From Camelus dromedarius (taxonomy: Eukaryota), in contig NC_087436.1 of assembly GCF_036321535.1 (NCBI RefSeq), positions 13,020,001 through 13,084,000 on the forward strand: 64,000 bases of DNA, given 5' to 3'. Under the pieces are notes generated by a model. The model had not been told where the DNA came from, searched no databases, and saw nothing but the letters and a program-made list of their open reading frames with translations. Every line of letters begins with the position of its first letter. Position 1 is the first letter of the stretch. Below are positions 1 through 11,715 of this stretch, in pieces. A program made the translations under genes and the position numbers.

Positions 1-1140
1 ATATTATATTAATATTTTGCATCTTTATAATGCCTCCATTAAATTTGTGAAAGCTCACACTAAGAGAGAACAGTTCTCAGTTAGAATAAGTTGAAAGTAA
101 AAGTCATCAAATTCATCCCAGTCCAAAACAGGTAAAATTGAGGTTGAGATGAGGAACACAAGGATGGCATGGAGGGTGCTGGACTGTGGCTCTCAGAATA
201 GATTTAGGTATAAGAGCCTCCCGAGGTCCCTAGATCCCCAATTTAACACCAAAGATAGTGATAATAGACTCTGAACAGATGCTTCTCACTTTGATTTGAC
301 AGCCATCTCTGAAGAAAGGGCCCACTGAACGTATTTACTCACCAGGATTTCCTCTTGAAAATTAGGCAGAGCCAGTTCCATTTTCTCTTATTATAAATTA
401 CCTAAATTTTATGTGTAAGTCAATAGATATTGGAAAATACGGACCTCTTAAAAATGCTAAATTAATTATAGACATTCAAGACCAGTTATTAATAGGCAGG
501 ATATGCTGTTCTGGAATATCAGGTCAGTATTTTTAGGGAGCTGAGTAACACAGGGAAGAATATATCCTTATTTTATGACTCTGGAACTCAGGATCTGAAC
601 TGCTGACGTAAACTGGGATCAGCACCCTTCTGCTTTTGCCTCCTTATATTTTGCTTTGCCAAAGGTTCAGATGAGAAAACATTCTTGAAAGTGGAAATAA
701 GAAAATTTGTTTTATATAAGCCAAATTGCTTCTTAATATGTGCTATTATACACTGAGAATGAATTTCAAAATTTGAAGTTCATTGTATTTATCTTCCAAT
801 CAAGCCAAAGTTATTGAGAATACCATATGGTTTTAGAAGATATATTTGGTGTCTTTGGGAACTTGAAGCTACTAAATCATTAACAGCTGCCAGCATGGAA
901 TAGACCAAATGTACTTGCAATTTAATTCTTTGTAGTGGGGTAGTTTGTGGATTTCCTGGTTCCACCCATCTGATGGGAAGAATAACGCACAAGCATGTTA
1001 ACTGGTTGCACAGGATGAATAATTTTGCCAGAGGATATGAGATGGATGCGAGCAAAGAGAAATTGAAAAGACTGTGTCATCACCTGAAAAAAATTAAAGA
1101 GGGAAATAACATTGCCAATTGTTAAGAGTCTCATCATATG

Positions 1141-1349
1141 CAGGGGTTCTCAGCCTTGGTATTCTTGATATCTTGGGCCAGAAAATTCTTTGTTGTGGGG
1201 TCTATTCTGTGTATGACTTAGCAGTATCTCTGGCTTCAACCCGCCAGATGCCAGCAGCACCTTCTCCCCAGCTGTGGCAATTGGACTGTCTCCAGACAAT
1301 GCTTGAATGTTCTCATGGGGGCAAACTTGCCCCTGATGCAGAACACTGG
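1141..1349. mobile_element. MER20-like hAT-Charlie DNA transposon relic
   Basis: CAGGGGTTCTC...GAACACTG inverted termini; internal sequence resembles MER20 as recalled. Confidence 0.7.
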
Positions 1350-1579
1350 GCTAGACTACACAGGTAGCCCCCAAAGTCACACTCCAGTTATATACTCAAG
1401 TTAGAGTGGGATGAAGGGCAGGCTTCTTGAGAGCTTGTGGTTGTTGAACATGTTACTGGGATGGGGTTTCCTTCGGGAAGCATAATAATTAAGGTTTAGC
1501 TTCTGAAGTTATATTGTATTGATGAAAAGTAGATCTTTTTTTCAGTCTGGAGTTAAATGAGTATAGATAGTAAGAATAT

Positions 1580-2112
1580 TAACCTAAATGTCCATTGACA
1601 GATGACTGGATAAAGAAGTTGTGGGATATTTACACAATGGAATACTACTCAGCCATAAAAAATAATGAAATAATGCCACTTGCAGCAACATGGATGGACC
1701 TGGAGAATGTCATTCTAAGTGAAGTAAGCCAGAAAGAGAAAGAAAAATACCATATGATATTGCTTATATGTGGAATCTAAAAAAAGAAAAAAAGAAGGCA
1801 CCTAATGGACTCATCTACAAAACATAAACAAACTTGCAGACATAGTAAACAATCTTATGATTACTGGGGAGAAATGGGGTGGAAAGGGATAAATTTGGGA
1901 GTTCAAAATTTGCACATATTAACTACTATATATAACAATAGATTAAAAAAACAAATTTCTTCTGTATAGCACAGAGAACTATGTTCAATATTTGTAATGA
2001 CCTTTAATGAAAAAGAATATGAAAATGCATATATGTATGTACACTTATGACTGGGACATTGTGCTCTACACCAGAGACTGACACATTGTAACTGACCATA
2101 CTGCAAAAAAAA
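1580..2112 (+). mobile_element. L1 3' fragment (end of ORF2 + 3'UTR + A tail), same family as the element at 61.3 kb
   Basis: DDWIKKLW..EYYSAIK peptide; 1580-1790 is closely similar to 63757-63960. Confidence 0.9.
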
Positions 2113-3175
2113 GTAGATGATTGATTGTCTTCTATTTTTCTTCCCTCCAAAGAGCCTTACAGACATATGTAGGACTGCTAAAACTAAATCTGTAGTAGGA
2201 GAACATTGGGGAACCTTCACTGGGTATGATTTTCCACTTACTTAAATTTCACTACATAGTAGAGGCTACTTGGAGACTTACAGAATCATATGGGCTTGCC
2301 TTCCTATTGAGATGAAGTGGCACTTGTGACAGAGACCGTATTCAGCTAATACCTTTGTGGTCCTCTGTGTTTCCTGGTCTCCCTATAAATTAGGTTGGGG
2401 CCATGTAACTAGTTCTGTCCGGTGAAATGTGAGCTAAACCTAACTTCTGGGCTGAGGAAGTCAAAAACCAGACTGCCTTCTCCACTCTCTCCCCTCTTGT
2501 TGTAGTGGCTTTGGGAGCCCCACCAGTTATCTGTTCTGTGAACCAAAGACCAGCTGCTCCTTTCTTCCATTGTCTCTGTTCTCCACTCTTTTTTTTCTTT
2601 TAACGGAATGTCTACTGGTTTGGTTGTTGGACTTTCTGAATCGATCCACTTAATTCCCTTTTATTTTCAATGGTCATCACTTTGTCTAGTTTTCCACTTA
2701 TGGGGACCCAGCTGGAATTTGGCCGCGGAAAACAGAAAGTCCAGCTAAGACTCAAGAGCGCAGGCATCACTGTTGGTTGCCTTTCTTTGTGTTAATGATG
2801 TTCTGGTGAGAAAGCCACACGTGTGAAGTGAAAAGTCATTTGGAATGATGTTACACATGATCTAGCGACTTCTTCACTGAAGGAAGGTCAGCAGATTGGG
2901 GGAGTGTTTTTTCAGTAAGTAAAAGATGCAATGATGAAATGACAAGGGGTGACACCCGAGAGGCAGGATGGCACGTTCGTTAGGAGTGTGCCGTCTGCTT
3001 CTCAAATGCCTGGACTTGAATCCTAGTTTTGACTCTTTTTAGCTATGTGGTCTTTGGCACGTTGCTTTAGCTCCCTGGGCCTGACTTTTATCATCTGCGA
3101 AATGGAGTTCATTGTAGGTTACAAGTACGTAATGTATGGTAGCAGTTCGAATGGTACCTGCTGTGTGGCATGGAG

Positions 3176-3285
3176 TTCTTTTTTTTTCTTTCTTCTCCTC
3201 CTCTTCCTTCTCCTTCTGCTTTTTCTCTCCTCTTCCTCCTCCTCCTTCTTTTCTTCCTCCTTCTTCTCTCATTCTTCTTCTTGGT
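3176..3285. repeat. (TTC/TCC)n pyrimidine low-complexity tract
   Basis: Read directly; source of several spurious ORFs. Confidence 0.9.
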
Positions 3286-4256
3286 TGATCCTCCCTTAAA
3301 GTGCTTCTTTCATTGTAAGCGCTATTTAGATGTTTCCTGTTCCTATGTATTGGGTTGCAAATCAAACGCGTTATACCAAGCCTGAGAGCTCAAGGATACT
3401 TGGAGTTCTGTCACTAGCCTGATGTCTTTCTCACTGTATGCTCCCACAGTTAGCATGAATAAGCGAAGTGCTTCCATAGTTCCAGTTGCTTCGTCTTTCC
3501 TTCCAGGCATAGGATCACTGCTAACATAAATGGTATCTGTGGTCGAAGAGAAAGATACCCTTTCCTCTGGACAGTTAGAGATCCATGTCAGTGTGCCTGT
3601 TTGGGAAAGCAGAGCTGGCTTTCCCTCCCACACACCACCTGGGGAGGGTGCCTCTGTGCAGTGTTCAGTCTGCATGACGGTTTGGGACTCTGATGGGGGC
3701 ATTACTCACGGAAGGAAATCTGGCTTGGGAAATTCAGATCTCATGCTGCAGGGTAGATTCTGTCAGTTGGATTGGATTGCTAGCAACTGCACCTGATTTC
3801 TTTGCCTTTCCTTGTTTTGCACTGAAAGGGTGAGGGCAAGGTGTTGAGCCCATCACTTGAAGGGCTTAGGGATGAGGGGGGATCCACAGATATGCTGTCA
3901 GGTTGTTAGCATATGGATGTTTGAAACCCTTGAGATTGGATGAGATCGCTTAGGTATAGTGAGTGGAGGAAGAAGGCAAATGGACTAAGGGCTGAGCCCT
4001 CGGGAGCACAAACTTTCAGAGATCGTGTGAAATATAGGAATGGGCAGAGGAGACTGAGAAGGAGAACTCCCAAAGGGAGGGGGAGAGTGAGGGTGAGTTG
4101 TCACAGAAGGTAAGAGAAGAGAGAGGGAACACCACTACACTTTGTGAGTTGCCATGGGGACCACTCAGTTGTGCACATCATGCCAGTGATTCACGACCTG
4201 TGGAAAGGCGGTGCTAGCATTTCTCTTTCCTCGCTGATCCACCTCCTGTCTTGTAG

Positions 4257-4448
4257 GTAAAAGCCTCCGATGCAGACGCAGGACTCTATGGCTTTGTGGA
4301 ATATTCTCTTTATGCCGGATTCCAAAGCTATGAAGCGCCTCAAGCATTCCAGATCGACCCACTGGATGGGCGAATCTGCGTTTCTCAGGATATCGACAGG
4401 GAAAGAGACCCAGCCACCTATGACCTCTTAGTGAAAGCTAAAGATGGG
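4257..4448 (+). CDS. DCHS2: DCHS2 coding exon (192 nt, phase 0-0): VKASDADAGLYG...DIDRERDPATYDLLVKAKDG
   Basis: Pyrimidine tract + ttgtag acceptor (AG 4255-4256), donor GGG|gtaagt; open frame with cadherin motifs. Not in the ORF track, translated by hand. Confidence 0.93.
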
Positions 4449-5459
4449 GTAAGTCTTTATGTATGAAATTTTAAAGATACTGCAAAGTGAACCACTGTGT
4501 ATACATTACAGAGTACCGAGGATTATCAATCAACAATTGGCCAATCTTGTTTCATAAATCACTACTTTTGTCCTTTGCTGGAGTCTTTGGAATCAAATAT
4601 CAGACACTGTATCATTTCATCCATAAGTAATTCAATAGTATCTCTAGCAGATAATAACTTTGAAAAAACACAGCTACAATACATTAATAATAATTGTTTA
4701 ATAATAGCTAAAATCCATTCCGTTTAAAATTTACTGGATTACCTAAAAATGTCTTTTAACAGTTGGCGTGTTTGAATCAAGATCCAAATACGTTCACAAG
4801 TGGATGTGATTGCTGTAGCCCTTAAATTTCAATCTGGAATAGTCAGCCCCTATCCTTCCCCCTTACCTTTTTCTCCTATGGTATTTATTTTTTGAAAAAA
4901 AAAATCAAATCAATTGTCCTGTAAATTTTCCGTATTCTAAATGTGGCTGATTACATCCTCAGGATTCATTTACTGTGTTCTTTTATTGCAGTTCCTATAA
5001 ACTGGCATTTCAAGCCAGAGACCTGATTAGTTCTGGCTTTATTTAGGGGGTGCTCTGTGCTTCCTACTGCATCAGCAGATACGTACATTATTTCATTAAG
5101 GGTCTCAACAGAGTGATTTTTGAATTCTATTATTCTTTTTGCATTTATTATCTGAAATCCTTCAATTAAGAAAAGTGCTCTCTCATCAACTATTTGATTA
5201 CGCTGAAATTTAATTCATACAAGAAAGGCAGGATAATGCTTGTTTATTTCACTTAATTTTGTCAGTTTTTAGAATAATATGAGTGGGTGCAATTTACCAT
5301 CTCCAAAGATTACTGATGACTTTTTTCCTAGTTTGATGATAAATTCTTGGATGCTAATATATTCGATGCATTTCGCATGTTGCTTATCTTACCATTTCTG
5401 ATGTTCTTATTAATTGACTCATCTTGGATCAGTGAGGGACTTTCAACTCAGCTCTTACA

Positions 5460-7190
5460 TCTTTTTTGGTAAACTTCCATATTAACGTATAAAGTACGTG
5501 CAGAAGATTGCACAAATCAGAAGTGTACAGCTCAATGGATTTTTGCAAAATGAAAATGCATGCATAGAAGCAGATGAAGAAACATTACCAGTACTCTGGG
5601 AGCCCCTCCCTTGGCCCTTTACTGTAACTATCCCGCCCACCCTTTAAGGATAGTCACTATTGACTTCTAATACTAAACGTTATCTGCCTGTTTTTAAACT
5701 TTCAGTGAATGCATTCATACTGTACGTGCTTTTATTGTTTCTTTTGTGGAACATTATGTGTGAGTACCATTCACACTGGGGTGTGTAACAAGAGTTCATT
5801 GATTCTCATTATTTATAGTCTTATTTTATATGAATTTGCAATAATTTTTAATCTGTTTTGTAATTGACAGAATCCATTTTAGGCTATGACAAATAACAAA
5901 TAATATTTCTATTCACTGTCTTATACATGTAGTTTTTGGAACAAAAGTAAGCATTTATATGGGGTCTATGTTTAGGAATGGAATTGCTAGGTTATAAGAA
6001 AATCAAACAACTTTTCAGAATAGTTGTACCAATTTATACTCCCACCAGTTTCATTTCTTCTACATCCTCCCCAACATTTGGAATTTAATGTCTTTTTAAG
6101 TATAGGAGTTCTGTACCTGCGTGGTGGTACATCACGCTGGGGTTTTACTTTGCATTTCTGTGATAACTACTGAATTGAGCACTTTTTCATATATTTGTTG
6201 GCTATTTGTATAACTTATTTTGTGAGGTGTCTATTTAATTCTTTACCCACTTTCTGTTGTACTGTTGGATTTTTTTCCTTACTGATTTCTATGAATTCTT
6301 TACATTTTTGGCATGCAAGCCCTCTGTTGGATGGATTCATGCAGATATCTTCTTGCATTCTGTGGCTTGCCTTTTCACTCCCTTAATGGAGTCTTTAGAG
6401 GAACAGAAACTCTTTTTTTTTTTTTTTAACATTTTTTATTGATTTATAATCATTTTACAATGTTGTGTCAAATTCCAGTGTAGAGAACAATTTTTCAGTT
6501 ATACATGAACATATATATATTCATTGTCACATTCCTTTCTCTGTGAGCTACCATAAGATCTTGTATATATTTCCCTGTGCTATACAGTATAATCTTGTTT
6601 ATCTAGTCTACAATTTTGAAATCCCAGTCTATCTCTTCCCACCCCCCACCCCCTTGGCAACCACAAGTCTGTATTCTATGTCTATGAGTCTATTTCGGAA
6701 CAGAAACTCTTAATTCTAATAAAACTCAGTTTATCTATTTGTTTCCCTTTACAGCTAATACTTTTTCTGTCCTTTTAAGGGAGATGAAGGTATTCTATTG
6801 TGTTTCCTTCCAAAAATTTTATTGTTTTACTCTTTGCACTTATTTTTTCAATCTAGTGGAAGGAAGGTTTTTTTTTTTCCCCAATACGAATATTCAGTTG
6901 ACCCAGGACCACTTACTGAAATGATCCCTCTTTCTGCACTACCCTGTAGCGTCACATTTGTCATGAATCATGTGACTGTATGTGTGTCTATTTTTTACAC
7001 CCTATTTTTGACCTATTTGTCTACCTTTGCACTAGCTCCATACTCTCTTAATTATATGAGCTTTATAATAGGTCATACTATCATGTATTTGTTTAGCTTT
7101 GCCCTTCATTTTCAAGGTTGCCTTGATTGTTCCTGACAATGTACATTTCCAAGTGTGTTTTAGAAAAAGCTTGTTGAACTTCCATTACAT
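5460..7190 (-). mobile_element. Ancient L1M fragment (degenerate)
   Basis: GGAATGGAATTGCTAGGT, TTGTACCAATTTATACTCCCACCAG, TTTGCATTTCTGTGAT..TGAGCACTTTTTCATAT. Confidence 0.7.
6415..6696 (-). mobile_element. Young L1 3' tail with 15-bp TSD, nested in an older L1
   Basis: Poly-T then L1 3'UTR; GGAACAGAAACTCTT at 6400-6414 and 6697-6711; close similarity to 59220-59482. Confidence 0.85.
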
Positions 7191-8209
7191 TATAGCAGAG
7201 AGAGCCTTCTGTACACACTATGCTACACGTTTATTTTTTCACTTAGTCTGTTTTCGAGACTTTCCTTGTTTCTTTTTTATCTGCTTACTACTCACATGTG
7301 TACATAGATATTGCTAACACCTTTCTGGTCTAATCTTTCTCTTTTGAAATTAGTGGAAGAAGCCACCTACTTAAGACATGAATTGATGGGAGAAATGAGT
7401 CTAAATATATTTATTACAAGTAAACATGTAGAAACCAGTTTGAAAATAAAGTCATTTATATTCAATAAAATTACGATGATCTATTTGGTTAGATTTTACC
7501 AACCTCTGTCTGTGTGGTTTCAGGAATTTTTGCTTCTATGTAAGTAAAGAAGTAGGAACCAAAAGCAAGAGTAAACAGAGGAGTTTAGGTTAATTCAAGT
7601 CTATGTGATTATTTAAAGCCCAATATATGCACTCAAACATTTACTCATAAAGTCTTCAGAAATAGATTCTTAACAGATTTTGAGACAATTGTGTAAGACC
7701 ATCCTAGATTTGCATAATCAGTTTAAATCTAATGCTGTAGTTGTCAAACATCTGTCTCTAATTAGCTGGTTTCTTCAGATGATTTTGCAAAAGTGTATGT
7801 AGAAATTACCTTAATATAAATTGGATCACTTGATGCCAGAAGCTTTTTACTGCCAAAAAGTAGTACATTAATTAGGAGCAGTGGCGGTGGAATAAAAAAA
7901 ATCAACTCAGATATTTAATTTAAACCTCCTTGTTTGTTTCTTCCTGTTTCTATATTGAACTTTTACTCTAGAAGAATGCCAGCTTTCACACGCAGTTCAC
8001 CAAGTCTCTACTGCAACATTCAGATGCATCTTGAACCACACCATCTCTCCACAGAGCTTTCCCAGATTGACCAAAGGAGATGTGTTTTGTTTTTTTTTTT
8101 TCCCAAGCCAAAAGGTATTTTATTTTCAGGGTAACTAAGAAAATGTTTACAGACTGTGTAGCAGTTTTTACTAGTTTAGAAATCAAAGGAGACATTCACC
8201 AGGTTCATG

Positions 8210-8692
8210 ATTGCTCTGGTCTGAATGCTTGTGTCCCCCTCAAATTTGTATGTTGAAACCCTAAAGCCCAAGGTGATAGTTTTAGGAGGTGGGGCCTTTA
8301 GAAGGTGATTAGGTCATGAGGGTGGAGCCCTCATGAATGGAATTAGTGCCCTTATGAAAGAGGTCCCAGAGGGCTCCCTAGCCTCTTCTGCTGTCTGAGA
8401 ATACAGCAAAAAGTTGGCAGTCTCAGAGGGGAGCATATAGCTCAGTGGTAGAGTGTGTGCTTAGCATGCACAAGATTCTGAGTTCAATCCCCAGTACTTC
8501 CATTAAAACAAACAAACAAAGAAACTGATTACCTCCTGCCCAAAACCATTTTTTAAAAAACGAGTCAGTCTCCAGGCCTTCACCAGAACCCAGCCATTCT
8601 GGTGCCCCGATCTTGGACTTCTATAGCCTTCAGAACCATGAGAAATAAATTTCTGTCATTTATTTCTTACAGCATTTCAAATAGACTAAGAC
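8210..8692 (+). mobile_element. MaLR LTR (MLT1A/MST-like), interrupted by a SINE
   Basis: TGGTCTGAATGCTTGTGTCCCCC start, GAGAAATAAATTTCTGT, AGACTAAGACA end. Confidence 0.75.
8426..8560 (+). mobile_element. tRNA-derived SINE (camelid Vic-1-like), inserted in an MLT1 LTR
   Basis: A box TAGCTCAGTGG, B box GAGTTCAATCC, A-rich tail; CAGTCTC on both flanks. Confidence 0.8.
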
Positions 8693-8899
8693 AATGATGT
8701 ATGCAAATCAGAATATTCTTCTGTAAAAACTCCTTGTTTTGTAGATGGAAAACCGTCCAACATAATAAACATATTTCAGTTTTGTTACAAGAGAAACATC
8801 CTTCCTGTGGGTACTTTCCATTCAAGGACTCATGCTCCTGTGGTGTGATATCCTGAGCCCAGCTGTGTTACAGCTGGGAGCTAGTCTGCCCCCTGCCTA

Positions 8900-9360
8900 G
8901 TTTAATGTAGGTTTTATTGTTATTTAGGTATGGGTAAGGAACAAATAGGATGTTACACTCACAGATCCCAAGAGGAGGGGCACAACACATTATGGGAGCG
9001 GGTGTATGTGGTGTGCACACTGGGGTCAGTCAGGAGGCAGAGGGAGAAATAGAAAACTCTGGGCAAGGGGCTTTATTGTGCTTTCCAAGGGAATGAATGG
9101 GAGAGGCAGAATTAGCAGGCTTGAGGTTGGCTAGTTGGAATAGTTTCAGTGGCCTGGGGCAGAGAGGCTGTCTCTAATGACTGGCTACCTGGCCGTGAGT
9201 GATTAGGGTGGGTGAACAGTGGCCCAGAGTGTGAAAGCCACTTAAGGAGGTGGTTGAGAGTGCGGACTCCGGGTTGGTTGGTTTGCATTTGAGGAGCACA
9301 CTCACCTGATCCTGGGGCAACCCTCTAGGATCAGCAAGACCCCAGATATCAAAGCATCAG
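8900..9360 (-). mobile_element. ERVL-class solo LTR (MER21/MER77-like)
   Basis: Recalled similarity (GGCTTTATTGTG..TTGGCTAGTT..CCTGGCC); family uncertain. Confidence 0.5.
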
Positions 9361-9487
9361 AATCCACAGAAGAAAACACACTCAATGCACTGCCCTGGTG
9401 CAGAATGTCCTCCAGAGAGGAAGGCGAAGGGTTGACCAGAACCCTTGTAGGCATGAGCCTGCACAAAAGGAAATCTTTGCAACCACC

Positions 9488-10965
9488 TTTTTTCACTCCA
9501 ATTTATTGGAAATAACACTCAGTGGTATGGAGGGAATTCACTACGCAGTTTAACTTCTGATCCAGTGTAGCCTTTTCAGTCATTAAAGAAAGGTTTTGGC
9601 ATGGCATGGGCTACTTTCTTCTCCTTTGTGTCAGGCCCCTGTGGTCCCAAGCATGTGCCACTCAGTGTCAGTACCACACAGTCCTGGGCACGCAGTCCAC
9701 ATGCTCTCCATCGGGGCCACCAGTGTGCTCTTCCACTTCAGGCTCCTCCCCACTTTCTTCTCTGGTGTCATCATCTTCTTCATCTCTTCTTTTTGCATCC
9801 TTCACCTCTTCTCCATCCTTTTCCAAGTTTACCTCCTCCAGATGCCCTTGAGTTTTTGGACCCATCTCGACCAAAGTCCTCCATTCTCCCATCTTGCAGA
9901 GATCAAGGCAGTAGAAGTCACTGACAGGGAACAGGTGGTCACCAACTTCAGACAAGTCCCAGACACATACAACAGTCCAAGCTTCACGGCCAGGATGATG
10001 CTGGAGGGAGGACTCGGTTCTATCAGGGGCTCCTGGCTCCGTCTGAACTGTCTTCCTCCTTCCTGCTGCCTGGGGTAGGGGGCACTTGCTCCATGGTGAT
10101 TGTGGTCGCATCCTTTGCATGCACCATTTTGACCCCTTCCAGGGGCTCCTGGGTACTGGCTTCCCCACGTTCCTGCTTGTTATCACCTTTGGGCTCCACA
10201 TTTTTGCCTCATCTACATTTTCTCTTCTCGGATGCAAATCCCTTCAGCTGTCCTGCAAACCAGTGGTCCTTTGTGGTGTCCTAGGGGTATAGGTCATCAA
10301 AGCAGCCACCCATCAGGGTCCTTTCCTCTTCCTTATCACAGACCCCCGAGGAGCAGTGTCTGATGGCTCAGGGCCACAGCCTTCGAAATGCGGCTCTTGG
10401 AGTGAGCTGTCTTCCTCAAGGGGTAATCTGAATCCACACTCAGATTTGCATTTTCTTCCTTCTTCGGACTTTAGCTGGGATTTATCTGAGTTCAGGGTGT
10501 GTTTGTCCACCTTTGTTGGACTTTTCCAGTAGCCTCCATAAATGATTACAGTCCCCCGGGGAGTGACGGACATTTGGCAGCCCAGTCTGGGTGTGGCCCC
10601 ATCCCACAGGGCGACAGCTTGCATCGTGTGAACATGCCCAGGTTAAAGGCATACGTGTCATTGTACTAGTTTAATCCCTTGTCCTTTCGTGGAAACCACC
10701 AAAAAGAATTAGCTGTGTTTTCCGGGCTACAATCAGATACCTGCTTTGACCTAAAGGAGGTATCACGGTGCTTTTACCATCTGAGTCTTTTGAGCATCTT
10801 GTGTCTGATGCCTCAAGGCATTAGAGCCTCAAGGGCTTCTCCTTCCCCAATGCTTAGGCACCTTCTTCTCCAGCTTGGTGGCCATCTTCTCCTTCTTCCC
10901 CATCATGTGGGTCTGAGGTGTCGGGGACCCAAGGAAGAAGCTGTGTGCTCAGCCTCCCTGGAAGC
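9488..10965 (-). pseudogene. KLHDC4: Processed (intronless) pseudogene of kelch domain-containing 4, antisense in a DCHS2 intron; decayed CDS about 10903 down to 9576
   Basis: Minus-strand translation across frames gives MGKK..[62 protein letters not shown] and an acidic tract, matching KLHDC4 as recalled. Many stops and frameshifts, no introns, AATAAA (plus-strand TTTATT 9502-9507) and a short A-tail remnant (T6 at 9488-9493). Confidence 0.88.
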
Positions 10966-11014
10966 AGATCTTCTTGAGGGCAGACCTGGAGATGTAATTT
11001 TAAAGACAAATTTT

Positions 11015-11555
11015 TTAAACACCTTTATTGTGGTATGATTCCCGTACAGTAAACTACACATACTTCAGATGTGCTATTTGATGAATTTTGATAGATGTAT
11101 ATACGCCAATGAAACCACCACCACAATCAGGATAGCTAGCATTTCCGTCACTCACCAAGAAGTGAAAATTTCGAATTCCCAATTTATCCCTTCCCACCCT
11201 CTTTACCCCCTGGTAACCATAAATTTGTTCTCTATGTTTGTGAGTCTGTTTCTGTTTTGTAGATAAGTTCATTTGTGTCCTTTTTTTTAGGATTCTACAT
11301 GTAAGTGATATCATATGGCATTTTTCTTTCTCTTTCTGGCTTACTTCACTTAGAATGATGCTCTCCAGGTCTATCCATGTTGTGCAAATGGCATTATTTT
11401 ATTCTTTTTATGGCTGAGTAGTATTCCTTTCTGTATATATATATATATATATATACCACATCTTCTTTATCCAATCATCTATCAATGGACATTTGGGTTG
11501 TTTCCATGTCTCGGCTGTTGTAAATAGTGCTACTATGAACATTGAGGTGCAGGTG
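11015..11555 (-). mobile_element. Composite L1 3' fragment with 15-bp TSD
   Basis: TTAAAGACAAATTTT at 11000-11014 and 11556-11570; ORF2 end peptide (CTSMFIVALFT..WKQPKCP..WIKK) and 3'UTR; the terminal ~145 nt differ from other copies. Confidence 0.85.
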
Positions 11556-11704
11556 TTAAAGACAAATTTTGAAGAGTCTCCCCCTGCCCCCAAATCATAG
11601 ACTCTTAACAGCTTCCTAATCTTCACCTTATTTGGACCTGAAACTGACTCCCAATGTTCCTGTTGTTTGCCTCAGAATGTATGAGAGCAAGCAGCGTGCG
11701 CGCT

Positions 11705-11715
11705 CGCGCGCGCGC

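Noticed and set aside
3039..3385. ORFs with Glu/Lys/Gly-rich or Leu/Phe/Ser-rich runs
   Set aside because: Products of the (TTC/TCC)n low-complexity tract and a MIR.
8426..8505. tRNA-like sequence with A and B boxes (also at 18.6, 19.2, 42.7 and 43.5 kb)
   Set aside because: AT-rich tails, TSDs and divergence among copies show these are SINEs, not tRNA genes.
9465..10990. Target-site duplication for the KLHDC4 retrocopy
   Set aside because: No convincing direct repeat at the two ends; probably decayed.
9596..11038. Plus-strand ORFs of 63-160 aa and the 189-aa minus ORF as independent genes
   Set aside because: Antisense shadows or frameshifted pieces of the KLHDC4 pseudogene.
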